A stretch of 64,000 nt of DNA from NCBI GenBank assembly GCA_041664285.1, contig JBAYLA010000001.1, positions 227-64,226 of the forward strand, read 5' to 3'. Numbering within the stretch: the stretch's first letter is position 1; every line of letters starts with the position of its first letter. Of this stretch, positions 1-10,079 are shown piece by piece. The notes under the pieces are model-generated. The model saw only the letters and a list, made by a program, of their open reading frames with translations, was not told the DNA's origin and ran no database searches. The position numbers were made by a program, and so were the translations under genes. The DNA is from Minisyncoccota bacterium (GTDB lineage Bacteria > Patescibacteriota > Minisyncoccia > Phycocordibacterales > UBA9973).

Positions 1-136
1 CTCGAAAACATAGAGCTCGATTAAAAAATATTTGGCTCGCTTAAGAATTTTTTAATCTAAACAAAAAAGCGCGCTATGTATGTAGACTTCTTTACAAAAA
101 CCTTCTGCACGGGGATTCGATTTCCCCCATCTCCAC
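1..136 (+). ncRNA. ssrA: tmRNA, 3' part (5' end outside window)
   Basis: Ends in T-arm GGGGA-TTCGATT-TCCCC followed by CATCTCCAC, typical of the tmRNA 3' acceptor half; no D/anticodon arms of a normal tRNA upstream. Confidence 0.75.
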
Positions 137-140
137 AAGG

Positions 141-692
141 TTAAATTATCTTTCTAAGTTTTTTTATTATTTCTTTAGAATTTTTTTGATTATATTCTAA
201 AACACAATCAGCCTCCGTATTCTTCACTGGCTCATATGCTCTTTTTCTTATATCTTTATAAAACTTAACCCATTTTAATTTTTCATTTTTCAGATCCCTT
301 TTCGATAGTCTTTTTAGTAATTCTTTTTCCTCTATTTTTGTTTCTATAATTACTGTAATTATTTTAGGATTAATATTTTTAGCAAGAGATAAATGCTTCT
401 TTCTTATTTTTCTTATTATTCCTCCACCATCCACAACAATAGATTGCTTATTAGAGAGAAGTTCTTTTACAAGCTGTTCTCGAAAAGCATAAACAAGTTT
501 ATTAACAGAGTCTATCTTTTTATTTGGATAAGAATAATGGGTATCCGAATAGAATCTTATTTTAGATATAAGTAAATCTCTGACATCATCTAAGCTAATT
601 TTGTTAATTTTTAATTTTGATTCTATCTCTCTTGAAATAGTTGATTTACCAGAAGCATTTTGACCAATTACCAAAATAAATATATTTTTCAT
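141..692 (-). CDS. P-loop kinase (AAA_33/NMP-kinase-like)
   Basis: Walker A GQNASGKST, 'SIVVDGG' strand, lid RxxxR. Confidence 0.8.
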   Translation of the reverse strand: MKNIFILVIGQNASGKSTISREIESKLKINKISLDDVRDLLISKIRFYSDTHYSYPNKKIDSVNKLVYAFREQLVKELLSNKQSIVVDGGGIIRKIRKKHLSLAKNINPKIITVIIETKIEEKELLKRLSKRDLKNEKLKWVKFYKDIRKRAYEPVKNTEADCVLEYNQKNSKEIIKKLRKII

Positions 693-810
693 AAGATGAT
701 TATATCATTAAATTTTTTCAATAATTGAACCTTTTTTGTTTTTGGTATAAAAAATTATAAATATATTTTAACATAGAATGTGAATATAATTCATGTTATA
801 GTTTATCAAT

Positions 811-1326
811 ATGAAAAAACACTTTCTATTAATACTTGATGGAATGACTGGTTCAGGCAAAACAACGATAGCAAGATTATTGGCAAAAAAATTACCTAGA
901 ACTGCAGTTATAGGAATGGACAAAGTAAAAAGATATATTTCTGATTTTGAGAGGGGAGAAAGAGATAACACAATTGCTAGAGATGTAGTGTTTGAAATGA
1001 CTAAAACATATTTTGAACACAATATTTCTGTTATTGTTGAGCAGCCATTCAAAAACAATGAAGAAATAAAAAAATATGAACGTCTGGCTGTTAAATACAA
1101 ATTGAATTGTTATAAGTTTCAATTATTTTCCTCTCCTGAAATTGCTTATGCCAGAGTAGTAAACAGACAACAAGATTTAAAAGATAAATGTCCAAAAGAA
1201 AGAATCAAGAGAAATATTTCTTTGTTTAAAAAAAATAACAACATGGGATTTGTTGTTATTGATACTTCTAATCTAGGAGAGAAAAAAGTTTCTAACTTAA
1301 TATTTAAAGAAATAAAACAACAATAA
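811..1326 (+). CDS. P-loop kinase (AAA_33/gluconate or chloramphenicol phosphotransferase-like)
   Basis: Walker A GMTGSGKTT, 'ARVVNR' lid. Confidence 0.8.
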   Translation: MKKHFLLILDGMTGSGKTTIARLLAKKLPRTAVIGMDKVKRYISDFERGERDNTIARDVVFEMTKTYFEHNISVIVEQPFKNNEEIKKYERLAVKYKLNCYKFQLFSSPEIAYARVVNRQQDLKDKCPKERIKRNISLFKKNNNMGFVVIDTSNLGEKKVSNLIFKEIKQQ

Positions 1327-1331
1327 AATTA

Positions 1332-2150
1332 ATGGAAAATCAACCTACAGAATTTGCCAATAATATTATAAACATTGCAGATAATGCTGGTAGTATTCTA
1401 ATGAAATATTATCAACAAATTTTAGATATAAATTACAAAAAAGATGAATTTGATCCGGTGACTGCTGCTGATATAGAATCCGATAACTATATCCGGCAAA
1501 AACTACATGAATTATTTCCCAAAGATGTTATTTTGTCTGAAGAAAATAATAATATTCCTAGTGATTATTCTCATAGAGTTTGGATGGTTGACCCATTAAA
1601 TGGAACGAAATCTTTTGTTAAGGGGATAGATACCTTTGCTGTTATAATTGGTCTGGTAGAAAATGGTATTCCAATTTTTGGTTGTGTAATTATCCCTGCG
1701 CAAAAGAAAGTTTTCTATGCAGAAAAAAACAAAGGTGCTTTCGAGAAGACGGCTAAAGAATTTATAAAAATTCATGCTTCTTCTATAAATACAATAAAGG
1801 AATCTTGTTTAATCACCAGAGAATCAAGTAATGAAATTCGTCCAATTGAAGAAAAATTTAATCAACTTCCATTTTTAAAAAGAGTGGAGGGGATTAGTGG
1901 AGCTAAGGTATGTATGATAGCGAGAGGGGATGCAGAAGTTCACATCAACACAAACTCTCGGGCTTGTAAGTGGGATGTTGCCGCTCCTCAATTAATACTT
2001 GAGGAAGCTGGAGGAGTTGTGACTGATTTAGATGGAAATAAAATTGATTATAAAAAAGATACTGTAAATCTCGAAAGAAGTTACGTGGCTTCTGCTAATA
2101 AAGAATTACACGAGCAAGTTATTAAAGAGTTATATAAATTGAATTTATAA
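1332..2150 (+). CDS. Inositol monophosphatase/CysQ-family phosphatase
   Basis: PVTAAD, ILSEE, WMVDPLNGT (canonical DPLDGT), KWDVAA..LILEEAGG motifs. Confidence 0.85.
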   Translation: MENQPTEFANNIINIADNAGSILMKYYQQILDINYKKDEFDPVTAADIESDNYIRQKLHELFPKDVILSEENNNIPSDYSHRVWMVDPLNGTKSFVKGIDTFAVIIGLVENGIPIFGCVIIPAQKKVFYAEKNKGAFEKTAKEFIKIHASSINTIKESCLITRESSNEIRPIEEKFNQLPFLKRVEGISGAKVCMIARGDAEVHINTNSRACKWDVAAPQLILEEAGGVVTDLDGNKIDYKKDTVNLERSYVASANKELHEQVIKELYKLNL

Positions 2151-2198
2151 TCTTAAATTCAATTTCACTTTTCATGTTTTTTGTGCTATTCTATCCGA

Positions 2199-4109
2199 AT
2201 GGATTTTAATTTTCTTAATCAAAAAACCCCACAGAATAAAGGTAAAAAGATTCCGAAGAAAGCACAATTCGGAGCCAATATTGCTGGTGCGATACTTTTC
2301 TTTATGCTCATCACGGCACTTTATTTAGTAGTATCTGGAGACGGAAAAGTAATTCCTAAAGTTTCAATTTCTGAATTGGCGAACAGTGTTATAGCCGGGG
2401 AGGTTAAAACTGTTTTAGTGGAAGGGGACAAGCTCACTATCACGTATCAAAATGATGAAGTGAAAGAATCTAAAAAAGAAGTTGGTGCGCCACTTTCCCA
2501 GACACTCTCTGATTATGGTGTTCCTGCGACCGCTCTAGCAAAAACAAATATTCAAATAAAAGATGAAAGTGGATTTATGTACTTACTTGTAAATCTATTA
2601 CCGTTTCTTTTGCCAATAGTTTTTATTTTAATTTTCTTTTGGTATTTATCTAGACAAGTAAAAGGGGCTGGCATGCAAGCATTTTCCTTCGGCCAATCCA
2701 AAGCACGTCTGACTGATCCGAATGACAAGAACAATAGAGTGACTTTTAAAGATGTGGCTGGTTGTAAAGAAGCAAAAGACGAATTAAAAGAAATTGTTGA
2801 TTTCTTAAAAAGTCCTAAAAAGTTTTTAGACATAGGAGCTAGGATTCCAAAAGGAGTCATTTTGACGGGTGCTCCGGGTACCGGCAAGACCTTGCTTGCC
2901 CGAGCAGTCGCTGGAGAAGCTTCTGTTCCATTTTTTCATCTTTCTGGAAGCGAATTCGTGGAAATGTTCGTTGGGGTGGGAGCTTCTCGTGTACGAGACC
3001 TTTTCAAAATGGCGAAGAAAGCTGCTCCAGCTATAATCTTTGTAGATGAAATAGATGCTATCGGGCGTACTCGCGGAGGAGGTTTCGGTGGGGGGAATGA
3101 TGAACGTGAACAAACTTTAAACCAGATTTTAGTCGAGATGGATGGCTTTGAGCCGAATGATAAAGTTATTGTTATGGCAGCGACCAACAGACCAGACGTG
3201 CTTGACCCAGCGCTCATCCGTCCAGGACGCTTTGATCGAAAAGTAATTCTTGATTTACCAGATCGGGCGGATCGCGAAGAAATACTTAAAATTCATGCTG
3301 TGAAGAAACCTCTGGCAGAAGATATCAATTTGAAATTAGTAGCTGAACGTACTCCTGGTTTTTCCGGAGCGGATTTGTATTCGTTAATGAACGAAGGGGC
3401 AATCTTAGCAGCTCGAGAAAATCGTAAAAAAGTTTTTCAATTTGACTTGATTCGGGCAATCGAAAAAGTAATGCTTGGTCCCGAGAGAAAAAGTCACTTG
3501 CTTTCCAAAAAAGAAAAAGAAATTACTGCATATCATGAAGCAGGGCATGCGATCGTGGCTTCCGTGCTTCCTTATGCAGACCCAGTACATAAAGTTTCTA
3601 TTATTGCGCGTGGAAATGCTGGAGGATATACTTTGAAATTACCTTTAGAAGAGCGTCGTCTTCAATCTAAAAAAGAATTTATTGATGATATTGCTATGTC
3701 GCTCGGTGGCTATGTGGCAGAGCAGACAATTTTCGGAGACATTACGACTGGACCATCAAGTGATTTGCAAGTAGCGACGAATCTAGCCCGTGCTATGGTG
3801 ACGAGATGGGGGATGTCAGACGTTATTGGGCCGATAGCCTTAGTGGATTCTCCTGGGAGGCTTCAGTATGGCGAAATGCCTGAAAAAGAATTTTCTGAAA
3901 CTGTTTCTACGAAAGTAGACGCAGAAGTTTCGAGAATTATTAATGACGGACTAAAAACTGCGCAAAAAGTATTAGAGGAAAACAAAAAAGCTTTCACGGC
4001 TATTGCTCTGAAGTTAATTGAAGTAGAAACTTTAGAACAAGAAGAATATGAAAAAATATTGACAGCCCATGGGATTATGTTAAAAAAGAAAGAAGATATA
4101 AAAACTTAG
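2199..4109 (+). CDS. ftsH: ATP-dependent zinc metalloprotease FtsH
   Basis: 2 TM segments, [38 protein letters not shown]; ATG at 2199 preferred over TTG 2181. Confidence 0.98.
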   Translation: MDFNFLNQKTPQNKGKKIPKKAQFGANIAGAILFFMLITALYLVVSGDGKVIPKVSISELANSVIAGEVKTVLVEGDKLTITYQNDEVKESKKEVGAPLSQTLSDYGVPATALAKTNIQIKDESGFMYLLVNLLPFLLPIVFILIFFWYLSRQVKGAGMQAFSFGQSKARLTDPNDKNNRVTFKDVAGCKEAKDELKEIVDFLKSPKKFLDIGARIPKGVILTGAPGTGKTLLARAVAGEASVPFFHLSGSEFVEMFVGVGASRVRDLFKMAKKAAPAIIFVDEIDAIGRTRGGGFGGGNDEREQTLNQILVEMDGFEPNDKVIVMAATNRPDVLDPALIRPGRFDRKVILDLPDRADREEILKIHAVKKPLAEDINLKLVAERTPGFSGADLYSLMNEGAILAARENRKKVFQFDLIRAIEKVMLGPERKSHLLSKKEKEITAYHEAGHAIVASVLPYADPVHKVSIIARGNAGGYTLKLPLEERRLQSKKEFIDDIAMSLGGYVAEQTIFGDITTGPSSDLQVATNLARAMVTRWGMSDVIGPIALVDSPGRLQYGEMPEKEFSETVSTKVDAEVSRIINDGLKTAQKVLEENKKAFTAIALKLIEVETLEQEEYEKILTAHGIMLKKKEDIKT

Positions 4110-4118
4110 CAATAATAT

Positions 4119-4192
4119 CCGCCTGTAGCTCAGCTGGTTAGAGCATCGAGCTTATACCTCGAGGGTCCTACGTTCGAATCGTAGCAGGCGGA
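4119..4192 (+). tRNA. tRNA-Ile (anticodon TAT)
   Basis: Cloverleaf: acceptor CCGCCTG/CAGGCGG, anticodon arm TCGAG-CTTATAC-CTCGA, T arm CTACG-TTCGAAT-CGTAG, discriminator A. Confidence 0.92.
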
Positions 4193-4209
4193 CAAGTTAA
4201 GAAATCTAT

Positions 4210-4545
4210 ATGGTAAATATCTCAATCAACGTTCAGGAACCATACTATTCATTTATTTTACAAGGTAAAAAAACAATTGAGGGTCGTCTCAATAAAGGTA
4301 AATTTGCCACTATTCAAGTTGGTGATATTTTAGAATTGGAACTGGAAAAGATTAAATTTATAGTTGTTGGGAAAAATATCTATAAAAATTTTAGAGAAAT
4401 GATAGAAAAAGAGGGAATAGTAAATGTTATTCCTGAGAAAAATAGTATAGATGAAGCGGTGGATGTTTATTATATATTTTATACAAAAGAACAAGAAAAT
4501 GAATTTGGTGTTGTGGCTATTAAAATAAAAAAGGGGATGGTTTAA
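4210..4545 (+). CDS. ASCH/PUA-like domain protein
   Basis: 'EPYYSFILQGKKTIEGR...IQVGD' ASCH signature. Confidence 0.85.
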   Translation: MVNISINVQEPYYSFILQGKKTIEGRLNKGKFATIQVGDILELELEKIKFIVVGKNIYKNFREMIEKEGIVNVIPEKNSIDEAVDVYYIFYTKEQENEFGVVAIKIKKGMV

Positions 4546-4641
4546 TGGTAGCTCAAATAATTAAAGGATACTGAAGATTAGTGAGGACAGTTCTAGTTAG
4601 TATTTAGCTAGTGTTTGGAACCCATAGTAAAAGATGCTTAA

Positions 4642-5862
4642 TTAATGCAAGTGTGTATTTGGTAATACGTAATGTATTTTAGTTAATTTTTTTGCTAGAT
4701 TCTTTACCTTATTTTTTAAACTACTTTCTATTTTTGTCTTAGATACACAAGATATAATGATTTGAGATAGTAATATCAAATCACTTTCCTTAAGTCCTAA
4801 TCTACATTGTTCCTGTATACCAAACCTTAAACCTATTCTACTAGTAGATGGAATTTTCATTGGAGTTGTAATAATTCCAATTGAAGCTAATTTCTGTACG
4901 GTTTCTGTAACATTAGGAACATCAACACAAATTTGGTGTGTATTTGTTAAGTGAGGAAGTGGGCCAACAAGATTTAATTTACAACTCAACAGTTTGGCAA
5001 GATATCGTGTTTTATCTAAAATATCCTTCGCATATTCGGCGCCAAATTTTTCCATTTCAAGTACTGTAATTAATAGTGCTAATAAACTTCCAGTATGTAT
5101 GCTCGAGATGGTCTTATCAAACTTAGTATTTATAAGGTTAAATAAATTTTTATTGTTTAATAAAATAATTGCTTTTTGTGGCCCCGGAAAAGTTTTGTGT
5201 GTAGTCCCACCAAAGAAAAAGTTTTTATATTTGGGAAAATTATAAATATGTGAAAAATAAAATAGTTGAAGATGAGATATGTCATAATAGATAATCCAGT
5301 TTTTCGGTATTTTTTTTATAAGTTTATTTATATTCAACGGATTTAATGTAATGGTGTGATCAATATAAATTAGAATTTTTTCGTCCTTCCATTTATCGGT
5401 AATAATTTTTAATTTTTTATAATCAATATCCCAGTTTTTAAACTCAAGATTGATATTGTCTATCTCGAAACCATGCTTTTTTGCAATTCCTTCCGTTTTA
5501 CTGTGTCCACCATTCAAATTATCCATAATAATGATTTTATCAGTTACTTGGATTAGGGCAGACATTATCATATCCATTTGGTGAATTCCAGAAAGTCCTT
5601 TTGTTATGGCGTATTTTGTTTTATATATTGAGGAAAGTTTTTTATCTAGAATCTTTATGATATTTTCTAAATTTTCCCGTCCTGGCATAAAATATTTATT
5701 ACCAATCTTTAATGGTAAAATATAACGATTACCCATTTTACTTGAGTACATACTTGTAGCTAGATTGCTCATTACGTTTTCTGAGGGTATTAACGATATT
5801 GTAGTTTTTTCTTTTTGAAATTCACTAGAAATCATATCTAGTATTTTGTTATTTTTTTTCAT
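4642..5862 (-). CDS. PLP-dependent SHMT-like enzyme (divergent GlyA / threonine transaldolase-like)
   Basis: SLIPSEN, GGH, YDISH, TTHKTFPGPQ (PLP lysine), TNTHQI, GLRFG. Confidence 0.75.
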   Translation of the reverse strand: MKKNNKILDMISSEFQKEKTTISLIPSENVMSNLATSMYSSKMGNRYILPLKIGNKYFMPGRENLENIIKILDKKLSSIYKTKYAITKGLSGIHQMDMIMSALIQVTDKIIIMDNLNGGHSKTEGIAKKHGFEIDNINLEFKNWDIDYKKLKIITDKWKDEKILIYIDHTITLNPLNINKLIKKIPKNWIIYYDISHLQLFYFSHIYNFPKYKNFFFGGTTHKTFPGPQKAIILLNNKNLFNLINTKFDKTISSIHTGSLLALLITVLEMEKFGAEYAKDILDKTRYLAKLLSCKLNLVGPLPHLTNTHQICVDVPNVTETVQKLASIGIITTPMKIPSTSRIGLRFGIQEQCRLGLKESDLILLSQIIISCVSKTKIESSLKNKVKNLAKKLTKIHYVLPNTHLH

Positions 5863-5954
5863 ATGTTGTGGATATTTTGTTTATAATACTATGTTTTGTG
5901 CTATTCGTCAATAGGTGAGTTGTGGGGTTTTATAATACAAAGTATACTTGTTTA

Positions 5955-6830
5955 ATGAAAACGATATCTGGCAATAATGATAAATATAATAAATATATTC
6001 CTTTGGATAAATCGTGGATTACACGTATGGGGGTCTTGGATATAATTCATGGATATAATGATATTGAGATTTTTTTAAACAAAAAAACAGATCTCAATGA
6101 TGATTTATTGGCATTAAAAAATGCCGGTGAAGCATGGAGAAATAATGTCCTGATTAATGTTGGAGAATCAGCAACCTTATATCGATTATTGCAATTTGCT
6201 TCCTGGAAATTAAATTTGAATAAAATATTTATAAAAGAAGGAACACTTAAAGATAGGAAAATAATAAATAATCCAAGTATTGTTAATCTCAACTTAAAAG
6301 AACTTTTAAAATTAGATAACCAAACCACTCAATGGGCCACAGCTTCAGTTATTATGGGCAATAAACAACGTATTCAAAATCCTCCTAATAAATTACAACA
6401 AACATACGATGCAGTAGATCATTGGAATAAACAAAGGCAAGCTGGGTTGGTCTGGGAACCACAATATGATGAGACAATACAAAAACAAGTTGAAACCTTT
6501 TTAGATTTTAAAAATGGTTTAAACGTAATATATATTCCTGTGTGTTCCGATGATTATTGTTTCGCTAGGGTTTTTGGGTGTATAACTAAAGAAGAAGGAA
6601 AGAAAAACTGGCCAAGTCTTGAGGGGCATGAAACTAATCGTATAAAAGAAATGGAAAAAGTAATTGAAGAAACTACCGCAGGAAATTTAATTAATTCAAA
6701 AGATCACAGAGTAATACAAGCTATGGCTATGTGGGGAGTAGTAAATAATAGAAAGTTAAATTTTAAATATAAAGAAGCAGTAAATAAATCTTGGCCAAAA
6801 TTTTGGGATTTTTTAGATTCATTAAAATAA
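5955..6830 (+). CDS. Shortened EPSP synthase (AroA)/enolpyruvyl transferase-like protein
   Basis: DKSWITR, GESATLYR, ETNRI, DHRVIQA, VNKSWPKFW correspond to AroA motifs; only about 290 aa. Confidence 0.7.
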   Translation: MKTISGNNDKYNKYIPLDKSWITRMGVLDIIHGYNDIEIFLNKKTDLNDDLLALKNAGEAWRNNVLINVGESATLYRLLQFASWKLNLNKIFIKEGTLKDRKIINNPSIVNLNLKELLKLDNQTTQWATASVIMGNKQRIQNPPNKLQQTYDAVDHWNKQRQAGLVWEPQYDETIQKQVETFLDFKNGLNVIYIPVCSDDYCFARVFGCITKEEGKKNWPSLEGHETNRIKEMEKVIEETTAGNLINSKDHRVIQAMAMWGVVNNRKLNFKYKEAVNKSWPKFWDFLDSLK

Positions 6831-6840
6831 TGAATTTTGG

Positions 6841-7410
6841 TTAATTTGTTTCAAAAATTTTTTCTATACTTTCTGGTCCAACATAAAGTACTGTTCTTAA
6901 ATTTGGATATTTTTTAAAATCAAGATCGGCAAATCTTTTTTCCTTATCATCAATAAAAATAATTTCATCATCTTTAAATTGTTCGCATATCATTTCCACT
7001 GGACCCTTTTTGGTGTCTAAAACAGTAAAAATTTGAGTAAAAAGTGGCCCAAGGCCAGTTCTGCTTACTTTTTCAAGCTGATATTCGTTCACACCATGTG
7101 TAACCATATAACAGTTTTCCACCTTTAATCGCTTTATTCGATCAATAAGTTCATCATTAATAAAATTTTTACATTCTCCCATTATTTTCTCGCTCAGTTC
7201 CTCTTTACTTATTGAAGTTAAATTTTCACCTTTCAAGACTGAAGCAACTAAATTATGAAGAACCCAACCTTTCTCTTTTTCAATTTTGTAGTATTTTTTT
7301 ACTGTATCATACTGAACTCCAATCTCCTCGAAACACTTATACATGTGTTTTTTAAATTTCTCTGTATTAAAAAATAATACATCATCAAAATCAAAAATAT
7401 ATTTTGTCAT
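6841..7410 (-). CDS. HAD-superfamily hydrolase
   Basis: N-terminal FDFDDVL motif I, 'VTHG', 'FIDDK' motif IV. Confidence 0.85.
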   Translation of the reverse strand: MTKYIFDFDDVLFFNTEKFKKHMYKCFEEIGVQYDTVKKYYKIEKEKGWVLHNLVASVLKGENLTSISKEELSEKIMGECKNFINDELIDRIKRLKVENCYMVTHGVNEYQLEKVSRTGLGPLFTQIFTVLDTKKGPVEMICEQFKDDEIIFIDDKEKRFADLDFKKYPNLRTVLYVGPESIEKIFETN

Positions 7411-7466
7411 ACGATTATATTAGCATAAATTTAGTATTATCTACAAACTGATAGTAATTTGAAAAA

Positions 7467-8708
7467 TTAAGATTTAACAGCCTTGTCAAAATCTATAAGA
7501 TAGATTCTTGGAATTCTATCAAGATCAACACTGCCATTTTTGTTACGGTAAAAACGCAAACAAAAGTTTGCATTATTCGCATGACCATGAGTAATTTCTA
7601 ATTCTTTTAATGTATTTATTATTTTATCTTTTTGTACATCTAAATATTCTTTAAAAGTGTCTCCAGAAAATGAATACCATTCATCAAGATTTAGATCTAG
7701 TACACCTGATGCGACATTAACCAATTGCGTATATTCACTATATTTAAAAGAATGTATCGGCTCTATGGGTATGTAATCGAAACCCGCCTTATTCCAATTA
7801 GCATAACTTTCGTATGCTTTTTGCCAAGCCAAAAAACAAGGTTCCTCAAAATGTCTAATGATTAGATTTTTTTTAAATTGATCACCTAGTAATAGTGTTA
7901 TCTCAGACCCGGTTTTTGATAATTTTTCGTGAGAAAAAGTTGACGGATTGCTGTTTTCACTTTTTGTGTATAAAGGTGGCTCAACAATTTGATTAAACTT
8001 TCTTTGTTGTTTAGCTGATTCATACTTTATTTTGACAATGCTTTTTAATTCCCCCTGTTTATTTATCGGTGCATATTGAACCATAGTCGCGGCTAATCTC
8101 TGTATTCTAACGTCTTCTTGATTTAGTGCTTCAAGTATTTTTTGGTATACAATTTCACGCAAATTGTCTTGTGACTCGATGGGGGCACTATCAATTTTTT
8201 TAGCCATTATCTTTTGTTTGCCAACATCATTAGAATTAAATGCATCAAGAATTCTTTTTAGTACAAGATATTTTATTCCATCTCTAGTATCTTCAGGTGT
8301 AAACTGAATCATGTTTACTGCTATTCTTTGTATTTCTATATTTGGATTATTTAAAGCTTCAATTATTTTTTTACATGTCATTTCTTTTAAACTTCTTTGC
8401 TGATCTTCAGGTGCATTATTTATTATTGAAGCAGCCATCCTTTGTATTTCAATATCATTGTTTTGCAATGCATCCATTATGTAAATGGTTATATTTTCCG
8501 CATCTTGGCTTAGAATATAGTTTTTTGTTTTTAAAACTGAGGGCTGACTGTCGTTGCTTTGTTCATGGACAACGGCCCTTGAGCCCAAAAGACTTTTACT
8601 TTGTAGGTATTTTTTGTAATCAATGTCTTCATATCCGTCTATTTTATACATGTTAAGTATTTCTTGTGAGATAGGTTTAATTTTTTCTGGATTAAAATTT
8701 TGCATCAT
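7467..8708 (-). CDS. HEAT-like repeat protein with C-terminal kinase/APH-like domain
   Basis: Four ~38-aa repeats (xAL..xD..IQR.AA.MI..AP), then HGHANNANF and LIDFD resembling kinase catalytic and DFG loops. Confidence 0.55.
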   Translation of the reverse strand: MMQNFNPEKIKPISQEILNMYKIDGYEDIDYKKYLQSKSLLGSRAVVHEQSNDSQPSVLKTKNYILSQDAENITIYIMDALQNNDIEIQRMAASIINNAPEDQQRSLKEMTCKKIIEALNNPNIEIQRIAVNMIQFTPEDTRDGIKYLVLKRILDAFNSNDVGKQKIMAKKIDSAPIESQDNLREIVYQKILEALNQEDVRIQRLAATMVQYAPINKQGELKSIVKIKYESAKQQRKFNQIVEPPLYTKSENSNPSTFSHEKLSKTGSEITLLLGDQFKKNLIIRHFEEPCFLAWQKAYESYANWNKAGFDYIPIEPIHSFKYSEYTQLVNVASGVLDLNLDEWYSFSGDTFKEYLDVQKDKIINTLKELEITHGHANNANFCLRFYRNKNGSVDLDRIPRIYLIDFDKAVKS

Positions 8709-8809
8709 ATATAAATTACTTAGTGAGTATAACAAAAATTTACCATTTTGAGGTAATTTGTAAAGGTTTTTTCATTTGAGTAAATACAATTTGGGAGTAT
8801 AATCATTTT

Positions 8810-8908
8810 ATGCAATGGTTTTTTATAGCTTTAGTAGCGCCATTTTTGTGGGCCTTGGTAAATATTGCTGATAATTATTTAGTTAAAAAATTATCAGGTA
8901 TGAGTTGA
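8810..8908 (+). pseudogene. N-terminal remnant of an EamA/DMT-like membrane protein (32 aa)
   Basis: ATG 8810 reads MQWFFIALVAPFLWALVNIADNYLVKKLSGMS*; resembles the first TM helix of DMT transporters; TATAAT just upstream. Confidence 0.55.
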
Positions 8909-8990
8909 CATTAACAGCTCTTGAGATTTTATAGTATACTTGTTATGTACTTCAAAAGTCTTAATTTTTAGGTTTAATAGAACCTTAAAT

Positions 8991-10064
8991 ATGATACAAG
9001 AATACGAATATAAGCCAAAAATATTAACTGAAACGGAAGTAAAAAAATTAAAAAAACAAAAACACATTAAGATTGTTGATGTATTTTCTAACCAATTAAA
9101 AGAACTTTTTATAATAAAAAATCTGGGATATGTTGGACAGGAAAAAGAAAAGGTGTACCAGACACGTGAGTTTAAAAATTTTTCCAAGAAAATGGAGAAA
9201 AAATATGTTTATGTATTTTATCCGTGGAATTTTTCCATTGTAAAAACAGTAAGGAAAGAAGATTATTTAGAACTAAAGACAAACAGAAATAGAGACTTGA
9301 TCACGAAAGAGGAACAAGTTAAATTACGAAATGCGAGAGTGGGTATTTTTGGAATGAGTGTTGGAAGCAATATCGCTTTTGTGTTGACTCAAGCTGGAGT
9401 TGCAAACGAAATTACAATTTCTGATTTTGATGAACTTGATACTACTAACTTAAATAGAATCATTGCTGGAGTGCATCAGATTGGGCTTAATAAATGTATT
9501 GTCGCTGCTCGGCATATATATGAAGATAATCCATTTGCAAAAATTACAGTTTTACCTAATGGAGTTAGTAAGCAAACCATAGAAAAACTTTTGAAACAAA
9601 AAAGACTTGATCTTATTGTTGATGAAATTGACAATATGGCTATAAAAATAGATATACGAGTGCTGGCGCAAAAATATAAAGTGCCAGTGGTAATGGTTAC
9701 GGATAATGGAGAAGGAATTGTTTTGCACATAGAAAGATATGACTTAGCGCATAAAAAAATATTTGGAAAAGAAAAAGTTTATTTTGAATCTCTTGTATCT
9801 TCTGGTTTTTCAAAAGAAAAAATTGCTGAGCTTATTATTTCTGATATTGTAGGGGGAGTAGGGAAGGTTGATAAAAGAATGCACCAATCTGTAACAAAAG
9901 TATTGCGAAAAGAACTGGTGTCTTGGCCACAGCTCGGATCGGCTGCTATTCTTGCGGGAGTTATGGCGACATATGCTATTAAACAAGTTATACTTGGATA
10001 TGATAAGAGGATTGACGTGCGTGGACATATTAATCCACTTGAAATTACTTACGGCACCCATTAA
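8991..10064 (+). CDS. ThiF/MoeB-family adenylyltransferase, Rv1355c-type
   Basis: YVFYPW..., TNRNRDLIT.EEQ.KL, GIFGMSVG, DFDELDTTNLNR, ERYD, SWPQL. Confidence 0.85.
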   Translation: MIQEYEYKPKILTETEVKKLKKQKHIKIVDVFSNQLKELFIIKNLGYVGQEKEKVYQTREFKNFSKKMEKKYVYVFYPWNFSIVKTVRKEDYLELKTNRNRDLITKEEQVKLRNARVGIFGMSVGSNIAFVLTQAGVANEITISDFDELDTTNLNRIIAGVHQIGLNKCIVAARHIYEDNPFAKITVLPNGVSKQTIEKLLKQKRLDLIVDEIDNMAIKIDIRVLAQKYKVPVVMVTDNGEGIVLHIERYDLAHKKIFGKEKVYFESLVSSGFSKEKIAELIISDIVGGVGKVDKRMHQSVTKVLRKELVSWPQLGSAAILAGVMATYAIKQVILGYDKRIDVRGHINPLEITYGTH

Positions 10065-10079
10065 TATTTAATTAATAAA

